A stretch of DNA of 64,000 nucleotides from Rikenellaceae bacterium UBA1749 (GCA_002315675.1 DCHP01000069.1:921-64920); one strand, 5' to 3'. Shown: positions 41,154-52,522, counted from the first letter of the stretch. Notes: generated by a model not told the origin, from the letters alone. A program made the numbers and translations.

Positions 41154-42278
41154 ATGAGAAAAATTTTAGCTCTAACAATTTTAGCACTTGTATTTTCCTG
41201 CATACAACCAGAGCCAAAGAATTCTGAAGCTGATATCATATCAGTTATTCTGCCTGAAGGTTATATGGGAAGGAATCCTGAAGTGTTCAACGATTCAATT
41301 GTAATCCACCTGTCAAATGAGGTGTATTTTAAGTTCCTGGCTCCGGAATTCAAGTTAACCGATGGTGCAACGATTTTCCCGGCTAGCGGAACACAAAGGT
41401 CTTTCTACGAACCTCAGTATTATGAGGTTACATCAGAGAACGGACTTTGGAAGAAAAGATATGCAGTTACGGCTGTATGGGGTGAAGTTCCTGACGAAAT
41501 AACTGTCTACGACTTTGAAAATGTAAAGAAAGACAACCTTGAAAGATATCACATATTCTATGAAAAGGATGCAGAAGAAAAGGAGAAATTCTCATGGGCA
41601 TCGGGAAACGCCGGATATGCCTTGACGGGAGCTGCTTCAACGCTTGAAGATTACCCTGCTTTCCAGAGCGAAATAACAGGAGGTGGCCATGCAGCCTGTC
41701 TGACAACATGTACAACCGGAAGCTTTGGCCCTATGGTAGGAATGCCTCTTGCAGCCGGAAATCTGTTCCTTGGAAGTTTTGACATGATGTCAGCGGTTAC
41801 TGCACCTTTGAAAGCCACTCATTTTGGAATGCAATGGAATGCTGTACCTATAAAATTTACAGGAAAATTCCAATACACACCAGGTCCGGTCTACTATGAA
41901 AAAGACATGAGTGCAGCTGGTGGAGTGAGAGTTGATCCTACAAAAAAAGACAGATGCAATATCTATGCTGTATTTTTTGAAACTACAGAAACTATGCAAT
42001 ATCTGGATGGTGAAAATTCACTTTCCACTGACAATGAAAACATAATAAGTACAGCTATAGTTCCTGTTGATGATACATGGGGAAATACAGAGTGGAAAGA
42101 ATTCAATCTTGACTTTGTAGGAAGAGAAGGAAAGACAATCGACCCTCAGAAGATGGCTAGCGGCAAATACAGTATCGCAATTGTCATGACATCAAGCGTT
42201 GATGGTGCAACATTCTCAGGAGCACCAGGAAGTAGATTAATTGTTGATAATATTAGAATTTTCTCGCAGGTACTATGA
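41154..42278 (+). CDS. PCMD-domain (putative carbohydrate metabolism domain) lipoprotein
   Basis: Lipobox VFSC; WASGNAG, AAGNLFLG, THFG, FSGAPGSRL. Confidence 0.8.
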   Translation: MRKILALTILALVFSCIQPEPKNSEADIISVILPEGYMGRNPEVFNDSIVIHLSNEVYFKFLAPEFKLTDGATIFPASGTQRSFYEPQYYEVTSENGLWKKRYAVTAVWGEVPDEITVYDFENVKKDNLERYHIFYEKDAEEKEKFSWASGNAGYALTGAASTLEDYPAFQSEITGGGHAACLTTCTTGSFGPMVGMPLAAGNLFLGSFDMMSAVTAPLKATHFGMQWNAVPIKFTGKFQYTPGPVYYEKDMSAAGGVRVDPTKKDRCNIYAVFFETTETMQYLDGENSLSTDNENIISTAIVPVDDTWGNTEWKEFNLDFVGREGKTIDPQKMASGKYSIAIVMTSSVDGATFSGAPGSRLIVDNIRIFSQVL

Positions 42279-43051
42279 AAAAGATATTGATTCTAGTTGT
42301 TGGATTATTGATATGCAATAACATTTTTGCAGAAGAACCGCATGGTAAGAAAGTTAACCTTGATTTCAAGGTTGGTCTTAATATTGGTGGCACGTCCCCT
42401 ATTCCACTTCCAGCCGAAATCAGGGAAATCAAGGGATTCAAGCCAAACTTCAATGGTTCACTTGAAACCGACGTAAACTTCAGACTGGACAAAAATGGCA
42501 GATGGGAACTTGGCACTGGTCTTAGATTCGAAAAGAAATCAATGACAACCGATGCCCGAGTCAAGGACTACAGTATGGAAATCATTGGAAAAGGAGGAGA
42601 AAAGATGGCCGGAAGATGGACAGGAGATGTAAATACATATTATTCCGCATATAACCTTACACTCCCTATTCTTGGATCCTATAAAGCATGCCGAAACTTC
42701 AAAGTCCAGTTCGGGCCATACATTTCATACCTGTTCAATCAGGAATTCAGCGGAGATGTTTCTAATGGTTATTTAAGACAGGGTAACCCTACCGGAGAAA
42801 AAGTTGTCTTCGAAGGAGACGCAAAGGGACCTTACAACTTTTCAAACAACCTGTACAATTTCCAGTACGGACTGATGGCAGGTGTGAACTGGGAATTTGC
42901 CAAACACTTCATCGTTTCGGGTCATCTATCATGGGGTCTAAGAAATGTATTTCAGGATGATTTCAAGACCATAACATTCAACATGTACCCTATCTATTTC
43001 AACCTCGGTGTAGGTTACCGCCTGTTCTCTGAAAAGGAGAAGAAACATTAG
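42275..43051 (+). CDS. Outer-membrane beta-barrel (porin-family) protein
   Basis: Signal peptide; GLNIGGTSP, terminal FNLGVGYRL strand; overlaps PCMD gene. Confidence 0.8.
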   Translation: MKKILILVVGLLICNNIFAEEPHGKKVNLDFKVGLNIGGTSPIPLPAEIREIKGFKPNFNGSLETDVNFRLDKNGRWELGTGLRFEKKSMTTDARVKDYSMEIIGKGGEKMAGRWTGDVNTYYSAYNLTLPILGSYKACRNFKVQFGPYISYLFNQEFSGDVSNGYLRQGNPTGEKVVFEGDAKGPYNFSNNLYNFQYGLMAGVNWEFAKHFIVSGHLSWGLRNVFQDDFKTITFNMYPIYFNLGVGYRLFSEKEKKH

Positions 43052-43098
43052 GCTGACAATAATCAGACAAATGGCCGAATAAACAAAAAACAGCCATA

Positions 43099-43132
<34 letters not shown>

Positions 43133-43148
43133 AGATACGACCATATAG

Positions 43149-43188
43149 ACAGAAACGGACAGCATTTCAAATTGCAGTCCGTTTCTGT
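43149..43188. terminator. Hairpin, possible bidirectional terminator
   Basis: ACAGAAACGGAC/GTCCGTTTCTGT perfect 12-bp stem between convergent genes. Confidence 0.6.
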
Positions 43189-43241
43189 TATTATACACAT
43201 AATATTATGAATTAGTACTATATGGCAATAAAATTATACGA

Positions 43242-44126
43242 TTATTCTGAAATGATCGATTGGTCAGCAGAATTGTCTGCTACCACCTGGCAAGCGACAG
43301 CAGATGGTTTTCTCATGTACTTCACAAACATCATAGCAGACAAAATAAAGGTTATTGTAGCAAAAGATACCGCGAGACACTGGCTTTCAAATATATTGTT
43401 CCATGATGCGTCATCTCCCAATGCAAGTCCCATCACTGATGCAAATGTGTTGTTGATAACATGCAATATGGTGGAGAGAATAATATTACCCGACTTATAG
43501 TATACAATCGCCAGAATAACGCCAACAATACCTGCAAAGAATATCTGACACGGATTTACATGGATGAGTCCAAACAGCAACGCAGACAATAATATTGCAG
43601 CCCAGGGTCTGATCCCGTTTCTGAGCATTCCGCCAAGTATTGCCTCACGGAAACATAGTTCCTCTATTATCGGAACCACTAAACTGATTGTTACTACCCC
43701 ATAGACATTATTCATAAGACAGTCAAAGGCTGCCTCAAATATATTTTCAAGATCAATCTGTTCAGAGATAATAGACACGGAAAACAACGCTAGTATTCCA
43801 GCCACAAACGGTATAATAATAGAATATCGCTTATCCATATCGGTAAAATTTTTCTGCGCAGGACAGCAATTGCTACATACTCGTTTCCATCGTATCAGAT
43901 TCATGAAGGATGCTATTATGAGAGTTATTAAGCCTGACAGGATCGTAACTGCAGAAACAACAACAGGAGACATCGCTGCCATAGCCGCAGTCTGATCCCC
44001 GGATAGAATCGCACTGGCATAATCTCTATTTGTCAATGACATTATAACAGATAGAACAACACCTAAAATACCCTGGATTGCAAGATATATAAAAGCGACA
44101 AGAATAGGCTTAACATATTTTTTCAT
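43242..44126 (-). CDS. CPBP/CAAX-family intramembrane metalloprotease
   Basis: PIIEELCFR, FGLIH, HVINN; ATG at 44126 (the longer ORF call starts inside a MITE). Confidence 0.88.
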   Translation of the reverse strand: MKKYVKPILVAFIYLAIQGILGVVLSVIMSLTNRDYASAILSGDQTAAMAAMSPVVVSAVTILSGLITLIIASFMNLIRWKRVCSNCCPAQKNFTDMDKRYSIIIPFVAGILALFSVSIISEQIDLENIFEAAFDCLMNNVYGVVTISLVVPIIEELCFREAILGGMLRNGIRPWAAILLSALLFGLIHVNPCQIFFAGIVGVILAIVYYKSGNIILSTILHVINNTFASVMGLALGDDASWNNIFESQCLAVSFATITFILSAMMFVKYMRKPSAVACQVVADNSADQSIISE

Positions 44127-44145
44127 ATTCCAAGAATTTATATTT

Positions 44146-44243
44146 GAGTCCACTTTAAAAAGTCCAAAAATTGAGAAACGCCCCCATTCCAGAGGCCTGT
44201 AGCGGATATAAAAACCTTAAACGATACTTATTAAAGTGGACTC
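44146..44243 (+). mobile_element. MITE family 1, young subfamily, TSD ATATTT
   Basis: Perfect 13-bp TIR and perfect 6-bp TSD. Confidence 0.93.
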
Positions 44244-44313
44244 ATATTTTGATAGCAGTCATCAATCAAGCAATCAATTTCGTAGATATTATTTCAACAT
44301 GTTTCTTGTTACA

Positions 44314-47175
44314 TTATTCTGCTGAAATTGTACAACGCTTTTTATTTCCATATAACACAAGCTGACTGGCATAGGATTTAAGTTCATCGGTTGTTATAGA
44401 ATCAACAAGAGATTCATAAGATGTTATCTCATCAAGTCCTGATATCAGATAGTTACTCAGTTTACTCTGGAAAAACTGGTTGGTTTCCATATCCTTGTTG
44501 TATTTTTTCTTTGAATACTCCTTGCAACGTAAAAGATTATCTTCAGAAGGGCCATTTCTGACATATTTATCAAGTATCATATCAACCTTCTCATTAATTT
44601 CTTTTTCATTTCCGGCATTTGTCTGCAAGATTAAATAAAGAGTTGAAATTGATGGTGAAAATATCGATACATTCCCATCTGCATAGGCCATGTATGCATC
44701 ACCATCTTTCTGACGTATTTCACTTACAACATCCATATCCATTGTCTGAACCAGCAAATCTGAAAGTACGATATCCCTTTGCGTACTTTTAGGCACTTCC
44801 TTTGTAAAGACCGTAATTGAATATGCAGATGGAGACTCCATCTCTTTCAAGGAGGTAATATCACTTGAGCCGGGAATAATAATATGATGAAGATTCTTTA
44901 TTTCCTTCATTCTGTTCATTTGCCTGACTGAAATCGGGGACTGGAGTGATGATGAAGATATGCAGGGAACTGGAATGGAAGCTATATACTGTTCAAGTAG
45001 TGGTACCAGATCTTCTTGCTGAATATTTCCGGTTATTATGAATGAGAATGAAGAGGGATCGGAAAAGCACTCTCTGTAAAGTTCATAGGCCTTTTCGTAT
45101 ACGATACTTTCGACATCACCGGAATGAATCTTGTTATAGAACTCAGAATACTTGAAGACCTCTCTGTTTATCATCTTCATCGTTTCAGAAAGGAAGTTGG
45201 TCTCATTGTTTTTAAGCATTGTCATGACTTTCTGTTTCCATATCTGAAAAGATTCTTCATCGTAACGGGGAGAAGAAAACATAAGATAGACAACTTCCAT
45301 CATTTCCTTTATGTCGTTTCTGGAGCAATTACCTTTTACCGAACAAAGAAGGGGATTGATTATAGTACTGGCATCAAGCTGCTTATCTTCAAGAAGTGAA
45401 TACAACTGCTGCTTGCTATGAACTGCTAGTCCTCCTATTTCCGGAATCTGTTCAGCTGCAAAAAGTTCCCTGAACATGGAAACGTCGAAATTATATTTAC
45501 CTCCAGGACTGACTGCATAAAGCAGAATTTCATCTTCAGCGAAGTCTGTCGTCTTTAGGTAGACTTTAGATCCATTTGAAAGCACCAGTTTTCTATATCC
45601 ATAGACAAAATTCTCTGTCGAAACAACCTTGCCTTTTACAGGCAGATTAGAAATAAGAGGAATATCATAGACCATTTTATCTGGTCTTAATATTTTCTCA
45701 TTGTCCACAATATCCATCAAATCTTTGACATGCTGTTCTGACACAACCGAAGATTCCGGAAGAAAACAGGATACGACAAGATTTGTACCATCATAAAGTG
45801 AAGCCATCACATTATTGACTTCATCAAGTGTGATTTCAGGAATGGTTCTTACAGCAAAAGCATATTCATCATCGATTGAAGGAATAGGTTCGTAACGGGT
45901 AAAATGTTTTACATATTCCTCCGCAAACTCAAAGCTCTTTCTGTTTGTACGTTCAATATATTGGGACTGCATTGATGACATCCAACCTTTTTTTGCCTTC
46001 TGAAGTTCAGTTTCAGAGAAACCATATTCAGCAGAACGGAGTAATTCGCGATATGTTGTCATAAATGCCGTATCGAATTTTTCCATATCCATATCAACCC
46101 AGATATCTATTGCACGCTTTGTCTTGGCAAGAATAAAATCACCGACTGAAACATAAGGATCAACAATAGGGGCAGAATTACTGTTTGCAATGAACATATA
46201 CCTGGAATTCAGCATTCTAAGTATGAGTTCAACAATATATGCATCCCTAAGACATTCATATGTCTTAATATATTCCCTGTCATAGACATCCTTTTTAATA
46301 AACAAAGCGAGCCTTCCTATGGTCTGTTCTGAATCTTTCTCAACAGCAATGACTGGTTTTTCATTGTCTGCAACCATAAATTCCACTCTTTCAGGAATGG
46401 ATGCACTATGCGTATGAATATCATACCCTTCCTTTAATTGATGATTTCCTTCTGCAGAATAAGCGACATCACCGGTATCAGTATTGCCGGCAGAATATAA
46501 GGAACAATTAAAATCCAGGGACTTCACCTCCTCTTCCATTTCATCTGCATCAAAGTCACCGATAATGACAATAGCCGACAAATCCGGACGTGACCATTTT
46601 CTATAGAATTCCCTTAGTTTTTCAGCATCAAAGTTCTTTATGACATCATATTTTCCAAGAATAGACCTGTCTGCATATCTGGAGCCTTCATATATCTTTG
46701 CAAACATCTTCTCCATCATCCTGTACATCGGACTTGAGGATACCCTGAATTCTTCAAGGACTATTCCCTTTTCAATTTCGACAGCTTCATCCTTGAGTGT
46801 CAACCCGCAAATCCAGTCAATCAATATCCTAAGACAATTCAAGCAGTTATCCCTGGATACGGGAACGTTTTTTATTGAATATACAGTTTCTTCAGCTGAC
46901 GTATATGCATTATTTTCTTCCCCGAAACGGACACCTATAGATTCAAGATATCTTGTCATACCATCATCCGGGAAATTCAAAGAACCCTCAAAGCTCATAT
47001 GCTCAAGAAAATGAGCAAAGCCTCTTTCATTATCCTCTTCTATAATTGAACCTACATTTTTTACCAGATAGAAACAGGCAAGTTCCTTTGGAGTTTCATT
47101 ATGACGTATATAGTATGTCAATCCCGAGGGTAACTTGCCATATCTGATATTCTTATCTGTAATACAATATGTCAT
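44314..47175 (-). CDS. M16-family zinc metallopeptidase (PqqL-like)
   Basis: GKLPSGLTYYI, AHFLEHM (HxxEH), NAYTS, second LSNG half; no signal peptide. Confidence 0.9.
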   Translation of the reverse strand: MTYCITDKNIRYGKLPSGLTYYIRHNETPKELACFYLVKNVGSIIEEDNERGFAHFLEHMSFEGSLNFPDDGMTRYLESIGVRFGEENNAYTSAEETVYSIKNVPVSRDNCLNCLRILIDWICGLTLKDEAVEIEKGIVLEEFRVSSSPMYRMMEKMFAKIYEGSRYADRSILGKYDVIKNFDAEKLREFYRKWSRPDLSAIVIIGDFDADEMEEEVKSLDFNCSLYSAGNTDTGDVAYSAEGNHQLKEGYDIHTHSASIPERVEFMVADNEKPVIAVEKDSEQTIGRLALFIKKDVYDREYIKTYECLRDAYIVELILRMLNSRYMFIANSNSAPIVDPYVSVGDFILAKTKRAIDIWVDMDMEKFDTAFMTTYRELLRSAEYGFSETELQKAKKGWMSSMQSQYIERTNRKSFEFAEEYVKHFTRYEPIPSIDDEYAFAVRTIPEITLDEVNNVMASLYDGTNLVVSCFLPESSVVSEQHVKDLMDIVDNEKILRPDKMVYDIPLISNLPVKGKVVSTENFVYGYRKLVLSNGSKVYLKTTDFAEDEILLYAVSPGGKYNFDVSMFRELFAAEQIPEIGGLAVHSKQQLYSLLEDKQLDASTIINPLLCSVKGNCSRNDIKEMMEVVYLMFSSPRYDEESFQIWKQKVMTMLKNNETNFLSETMKMINREVFKYSEFYNKIHSGDVESIVYEKAYELYRECFSDPSSFSFIITGNIQQEDLVPLLEQYIASIPVPCISSSSLQSPISVRQMNRMKEIKNLHHIIIPGSSDITSLKEMESPSAYSITVFTKEVPKSTQRDIVLSDLLVQTMDMDVVSEIRQKDGDAYMAYADGNVSIFSPSISTLYLILQTNAGNEKEINEKVDMILDKYVRNGPSEDNLLRCKEYSKKKYNKDMETNQFFQSKLSNYLISGLDEITSYESLVDSITTDELKSYASQLVLYGNKKRCTISAE

Positions 47176-47521
47176 ATAGTATGATATTCAAAAAAAAGTA
47201 TTTTTAATCAGCGCCTGCACCTTATTCCCATCCATAACGACATTCATAATCCAAAATCAAAAAAACTATGGCAACAAGAGTTCAGCGCCACAAAATTAGC
47301 AAAATTTAATTGACGGCTCACTGACTCACAATACCATCAGAGATTCTATTATCAAATATATTTCAAGCAGCTGTTTTTCATGGTAGAAAAACACAACCGG
47401 AAGAGTCAAAACGCATATAAAATTTTGATGATAAAATGGAGAACCTATAAAGTAATGGGTAATCAGAATAATTACGCACAACGTCTAAATAGAAAAAGTG
47501 AAGAATCTAAATATTAATTGG

Positions 47522-47932
47522 CTATGCTATGCAAAAAGCGATATACTCTTTGCCAAGTTCATGAATAGCATTAATTATCTCCAGTTCACGAGTTTTCGAC
47601 GTTATTTTAAAACATTGATGTAATTTCTCATAAGAGTTGGATTAACACCTACCCTCTTTGCAAATTCAGCTACGTTTATTTCTTTATGCACCAGGAAAAA
47701 TTCCTGGAAAGGAGAAGGTACAGCATCAACATATTCAAAACTTTCAAAGGAAATATCCTCATCAAGTTCCCTCCAGTGAAATCCACTAAAACCTATTGAA
47801 TAATTTCGTCGTTGTTCATCGGTCGCTGATTTCAAAGCTGGATACCAAAGATGCGACTGTTTATAGATTTTTCCAGCCTCATTATGAGCATATATAAAAT
47901 CATTGTCAAAAAAATAAATCAATCTGTTTCAT
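47522..47932 (-). pseudogene. DUF2442 + HTH antitoxin, frameshifted
   Basis: WYPALKSAT..GFHWRELDEDIS..EINVAEFAKR; +1 T in T7 after MKQIDLFF; second shift near 47612 restores FKITSKTRELEIINAIHELGKEY. Confidence 0.78.
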
Positions 47933-47933
47933 G

Positions 47934-48178
47934 TTACAACTTTTCAAAGTGATCCCTCCATCGTTTGATAATAAAAACCTTCTTCTCTTCTATTACAGCC
48001 TCAATCTTCTTTTGATCGTTCGTTTTAATATTATGCATAACACGCAATTGAAAGGATGAACCAACCAAAATCATAGATGGCAGATCAATCATTCCCCTCA
48101 ATATGAACATATATTGGTTCATGTTCACGATTGTAAAAGAAAAAAAGAGAATCCAAAAAATCTAAAAATTTCTGGCAT
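47934..48178 (-). pseudogene. DUF4160-family toxin, disrupted
   Basis: MPEIFRFFGFSFF / FYNREHEPIYVHIEGND*SAIYD / LVGSSF..KKIEAVIEE..WRDHF in three segments: two frameshifts plus in-frame TGA. Confidence 0.78.
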
Positions 48179-48270
48179 AACTATTCAATTCTTAATTCAG
48201 AGTTAGGAATTATTTTCGACACCCACAAATGATTGCCCAAATATTCTCAGGCATATTTTCGGATTACGAC

Positions 48271-48320
48271 AAAAGAAAAGAAAAGAAAAGAAAAGAGGGT
48301 GGCCTGTAAGTCACCCTTTT
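48271..48320 (-). terminator. Terminator hairpin with (AAAAG)5 tract downstream of pepT
   Basis: AGGGTGGC/GTCACCCT stem; (AAAAG)5 at 48271-48295 gives a U-rich tail on the minus strand. Confidence 0.65.
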
Positions 48321-48444
48321 GCTAGCCGCATGACAATCTAACTGCAATACACGTAGCAAAGCAAGGATTGGCATACATAGTCTGTATTCACCGATTGAGT
48401 TAAGAATTGACTGTTTTGAATACCTGATTGGGGAAAATGATTTA

Positions 48445-49662
48445 TTATTCTGCCCAGAGGGATGCTAGGTTCAGTATTACCTGCATAGACTTTTTCATGG
48501 TGTCAAGGCAGCAGTATTCGAACTTTCCATGGAAGTTCATTCCGCCTGTAAATAGGTTAGGACAAGGAAGCCCCATAAATGATAGACGGGCTCCATCCGT
48601 TCCTCCTCTGATTGGACGTACAATCGGTTCTACACCGGCATCAAGCATGGCCTGTTTAGCGTTGTTTATTACCTTTGGATAGGGTTCAACCATTTCCCTC
48701 ATGTTGTAATACTGATCCTTAAGCTGCAATGTAACAACACCTTCACCATATTTCTGATTGAGATAGTCTGTCATTGTCTGAAGGAAAGCCTTGCGGGATT
48801 CAAATATTTCACGTGAATGATCCCTTACGATATACACCGCAAGTGCATCTTCCACTCCACCCTTTGCCGACACCAGATGATAGAAACCTTCATAGTTTTC
48901 AGTATGCTGAGGCCTTTCTGTAGGAGGTATCATCGTATTGATTTCAGTCAGCACATCAAGTGCATTGACCATCTTGTTCTTTGCATATCCTGGATGAATA
49001 CTGCGTCCCTGGATCTGGAACTTTGCAGATGCAGCATTGAAATTTTCATATTCAAGTTCTCCTTCAAAGCCACCATCCATCGTATATGCAAAATCTGCTC
49101 CGAATTTCTTGACATCAAAAAAATCAACACCTCTGCCAATTTCCTCGTCTGGAGTGAAACCGATACGTATTTTTCCATGCTTTATTTCAGGATGGGCTAT
49201 CAGATATTCAACCGCGGTCATGATTTCAGCTACACCAGCCTTGTCATCTGCACCAAGTAAAGTCGTTCCATCAGTTGTAATCAAAGTTTTACCTTTGAAG
49301 CATGATAGTTCAGGGAACTGCTCAGGTCCCATTGAAAGATTATCATTCAGCTTAATAGGACCGCCATCATAATTTTCAATTATCTGAGGCTTTACATCTT
49401 TTCCTGGCATTTCAGGAGATGTATCAACATGGGAAATAAAGCCTATCACGGGAGCGTTTTCCTTACCAGTTGAAGCAGGAAGAGTTCCCATTACATAGCC
49501 ATACCCATCCATCTGGACATCAGTCAGTCCCATATTTATCATTTCATCCTTCAAGTCAGACAGAAGGACTTTCTGTTTATCCGTTGAAGGAAATGTCTCG
49601 CTTTCCTCATTGCTCTGAGTGTCATATGAGACATATTTCAAGAATCTTTCAAGTAGTTCCAT
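48445..49662 (-). CDS. pepT: Peptidase T
   Basis: SHVDTS, LGADDKAG, FTPDEEIG, IRGGTDG. Confidence 0.96.
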   Translation of the reverse strand: MELLERFLKYVSYDTQSNEESETFPSTDKQKVLLSDLKDEMINMGLTDVQMDGYGYVMGTLPASTGKENAPVIGFISHVDTSPEMPGKDVKPQIIENYDGGPIKLNDNLSMGPEQFPELSCFKGKTLITTDGTTLLGADDKAGVAEIMTAVEYLIAHPEIKHGKIRIGFTPDEEIGRGVDFFDVKKFGADFAYTMDGGFEGELEYENFNAASAKFQIQGRSIHPGYAKNKMVNALDVLTEINTMIPPTERPQHTENYEGFYHLVSAKGGVEDALAVYIVRDHSREIFESRKAFLQTMTDYLNQKYGEGVVTLQLKDQYYNMREMVEPYPKVINNAKQAMLDAGVEPIVRPIRGGTDGARLSFMGLPCPNLFTGGMNFHGKFEYCCLDTMKKSMQVILNLASLWAE

Positions 49663-49669
49663 TTTCAAT

Positions 49670-51616
49670 TTATTTTGAGTTCTTCTTTGCTTTCATTGTA
49701 TCAACAACGAAATATACTATAAGTGCAACATACAATGCTACTGCAAGCCATTCTGCAGATTTAGTAGCATTCCACTCTGTAGCGAAAACGTCAACTCCGA
49801 TATACTTGAGTATTGCGCTTACAACTCCCATCAAAGCACCACCGGCGATGAATCCTGACGCTATCAACGTTCCTCTGCTCTGTCTTTCCTTATTGGTATC
49901 ACTATCCTTTGAACGTGTTACAAACCAGCTGATGATACCTCCCACAAGAAGAGGTGTATTCAGTTGAAGAGGAATAAACATACCAAGTGAAAAGGCAAGG
50001 GCAGGTATCCCAATCATTGTAAGAATCAGTGCCAGGGCGGCACCAGCAAAATAGAGCATCCATGGTGCATCACCGCCTGACATCAAAGGACGTATAACTT
50101 CAGCCATTGCATTTGCCTGAGGAGCAACAAGGGCATTTTCCCCGACAAAACCATAGGTCTTGTTAAGAATAATCATTACACCGGCAACTGTTGCTGCAGA
50201 AACCACTGTTCCAAGGAATTTCCATCCCTCCTGTTTTGCAGGTGATGTTCCAAGCCAGTAGCCTATTTTAAGGTCAGTTACAAAACCACCGGCCATTGAA
50301 AGTGCAGTACAGACAACACCACCGATTATTAGTGCAGCCGTCATTCCTTCTGTTCCGTTAAGACCGACAGAGACCAGAACAAGAGAAGTCAGAATAAGTG
50401 TCATCAATGTCATTCCAGAAACCGGATTTGTTCCTACTATTGCAATCGCATTTGCGGCAACAGTTGTAAACAGGAATGAAACGACAAATACAACAACAAG
50501 TGCAATTATTGTAAATAGCCAGTTATGAAGCACTCCGAACTGAAAGAAAATAAATAGAGCAAAAAGGGTTGCAATCATTATTGAGAGCACTGTCTTCATA
50601 CTTATATCCATCTCTGTTCTTAGAATATTCCCTGTATTTTTCTTTCCCTTAAGTTCTGATGTTGCCATACTCAAAGACTGGGCAATAATCCTGGCTTGTT
50701 TTATAATACCTATAAGACCTGCCATGGCAATGCCACCTATACCTATTGGCTTGACATATGAACTGAATATCTTTTCTGCAGACAAAATAGCAATGTCATC
50801 ACTTCCAACAGCGCCAAGCAAGGGAACAAGCACAAACCATGCAACGAAAGATCCGGCACAGATAAGCGCAGAATATTTAAGTCCTATAATAAAACCAAGA
50901 CCAAGAAGTGAAGCACCGGTGTTTACTTTGAATACCGTCTTGAAATTATCTGCAGCCTGTGCTCCCCACTCAGAAATTCTGGTTGAGATTTCTTCTGTCC
51001 ACCATCCGAATGTACCTACAATGAAGTCATAAAGACCTCCTATCAGCCCACTAATTGCAAGGGTCTTTGCCTGATTACCTTCGCTCTCACCTGAAACCAG
51101 CACTTCAGTTGTAGCGGTTGCTTCAGGGAAAGGATACTGACCATGCATATCCTTTACAAAGAATTTTCTGAATGGAATCAGAAGAAGAATGCCAAGTATG
51201 CCGCCAAACAGGGAGGCAAGGAAAACCTGATAGAACTGAGCCTGAAGATTAAGGATATATAGTGCAGGAAGAGTAAATATGGCACCTGCAACAATTACAC
51301 CGGAACTTGCACCTATTGACTGAATAATTACATTCTGTCCAAGCATATTCTTTTTCTTACCCATTGAGCTTACACCTACTGCAATGATTGCAATAGGAAT
51401 TGCAGCTTCAAACACCTGGCCTACACGCAAGCCAAGATATGCTGCAGCTGCCGAGAAAATGACAGCCATTATAATACCCATAACAACTGAATACGGTGTC
51501 ACTTCCAATGGCTTGGAAGAAGGGCTTTGAACTGGTTCATATTTTTCCCCTTCAGCAAGTGGCCTGTATGCATTATCAGGAAGGGAAGCCTTCTGTTTTA
51601 GTTCTTCGTTTTCCAT
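49670..51616 (-). CDS. OPT-family oligopeptide transporter
   Basis: YLGLRVG, FPEATA, NPVSGM, DLKIGYWLG, APQANAM. Confidence 0.93.
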   Translation of the reverse strand: MENEELKQKASLPDNAYRPLAEGEKYEPVQSPSSKPLEVTPYSVVMGIIMAVIFSAAAAYLGLRVGQVFEAAIPIAIIAVGVSSMGKKKNMLGQNVIIQSIGASSGVIVAGAIFTLPALYILNLQAQFYQVFLASLFGGILGILLLIPFRKFFVKDMHGQYPFPEATATTEVLVSGESEGNQAKTLAISGLIGGLYDFIVGTFGWWTEEISTRISEWGAQAADNFKTVFKVNTGASLLGLGFIIGLKYSALICAGSFVAWFVLVPLLGAVGSDDIAILSAEKIFSSYVKPIGIGGIAMAGLIGIIKQARIIAQSLSMATSELKGKKNTGNILRTEMDISMKTVLSIMIATLFALFIFFQFGVLHNWLFTIIALVVVFVVSFLFTTVAANAIAIVGTNPVSGMTLMTLILTSLVLVSVGLNGTEGMTAALIIGGVVCTALSMAGGFVTDLKIGYWLGTSPAKQEGWKFLGTVVSAATVAGVMIILNKTYGFVGENALVAPQANAMAEVIRPLMSGGDAPWMLYFAGAALALILTMIGIPALAFSLGMFIPLQLNTPLLVGGIISWFVTRSKDSDTNKERQSRGTLIASGFIAGGALMGVVSAILKYIGVDVFATEWNATKSAEWLAVALYVALIVYFVVDTMKAKKNSK

Positions 51617-51624
51617 AAATTATA

Positions 51625-52266
51625 TCAAATCGTTTGTAAATTTTTAATTTCAGTCTCTATGCTATTGTCAGCAGGGTTATTATTTCTATAATCCTTATTA
51701 AGGGAATCTATTTTCAAGGAATCAATCTTTGGAATATTGATATCCGGGATATTCACATCCATCTTTGGAAGTTTCAGATCCATATCCGGAATTGCATCCT
51801 TCACATGAGCAATATATGGAAATATATTCTGGTTTACATATCTGAGTGGTTCATAGAAATAACTTTCCTTAACAATCTGGGCAGGAGAAATATTCAACGT
51901 CTTTATCGTTGATAGGTATACTGAAAGAATAAGGGCAAGCAGTAACATCCATTTCCCAACAGAAAACACTACCCCAAGAATTCTAAGCGGAACAGACAGT
52001 CCCACACTCTTAAGAATCCTATCAAGGAGTTTCAGAAGCATGATTACAAGAACCATTACAATAATGAGCGTCACCACATATACCATCTGGTGACTCGCGT
52101 TTTCCATATGAAGAAGTTCTGCAACATAGTCAGAGCAGAATGTTGCAGCCCAGAAGCCAATCAGAATACCTGCTATTCCTGCAATCTGAACCAGTATTCC
52201 ACCGCTCCAGCCTTTTATCAATGCGTATACAAGAAGTACACAAATGATTATGTCAATAGTGTTCAT
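51625..52266 (-). CDS. CvpA-family membrane protein with low-complexity C-terminal tail
   Basis: MNTIDII..KGWSGG..Q; four TMs. Confidence 0.82.
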   Translation of the reverse strand: MNTIDIIICVLLVYALIKGWSGGILVQIAGIAGILIGFWAATFCSDYVAELLHMENASHQMVYVVTLIIVMVLVIMLLKLLDRILKSVGLSVPLRILGVVFSVGKWMLLLALILSVYLSTIKTLNISPAQIVKESYFYEPLRYVNQNIFPYIAHVKDAIPDMDLKLPKMDVNIPDINIPKIDSLKIDSLNKDYRNNNPADNSIETEIKNLQTI

Positions 52267-52522
52267 ATCTGTTTCACATATTATAAAATTCCCATTGTCA
52301 ACTTATTACTCCTCATAGTTCCTTACCTTACGATTACCAACTAATTGGCTTTACTACATTACTATCCCCAGGTCCTAATATCTGTCGTTATTTCTACTAT
52401 TTGTATTAAATTCCCTAATTCACATTTATCGCATTCTAAGGTACTGAAATATTTTAAAAGCACAAGGCACCGTAGCTTTTGCCGATACGATGCCATGTTC
52501 ATAAAATTTCTTGTTACCAGTT

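Noticed and set aside
44171..44365. Small ORFs at 44171-44365, 25091-25279, 58336-58608, 60127-60399
   Set aside because: They start or end within MITE sequence or run antisense to real genes
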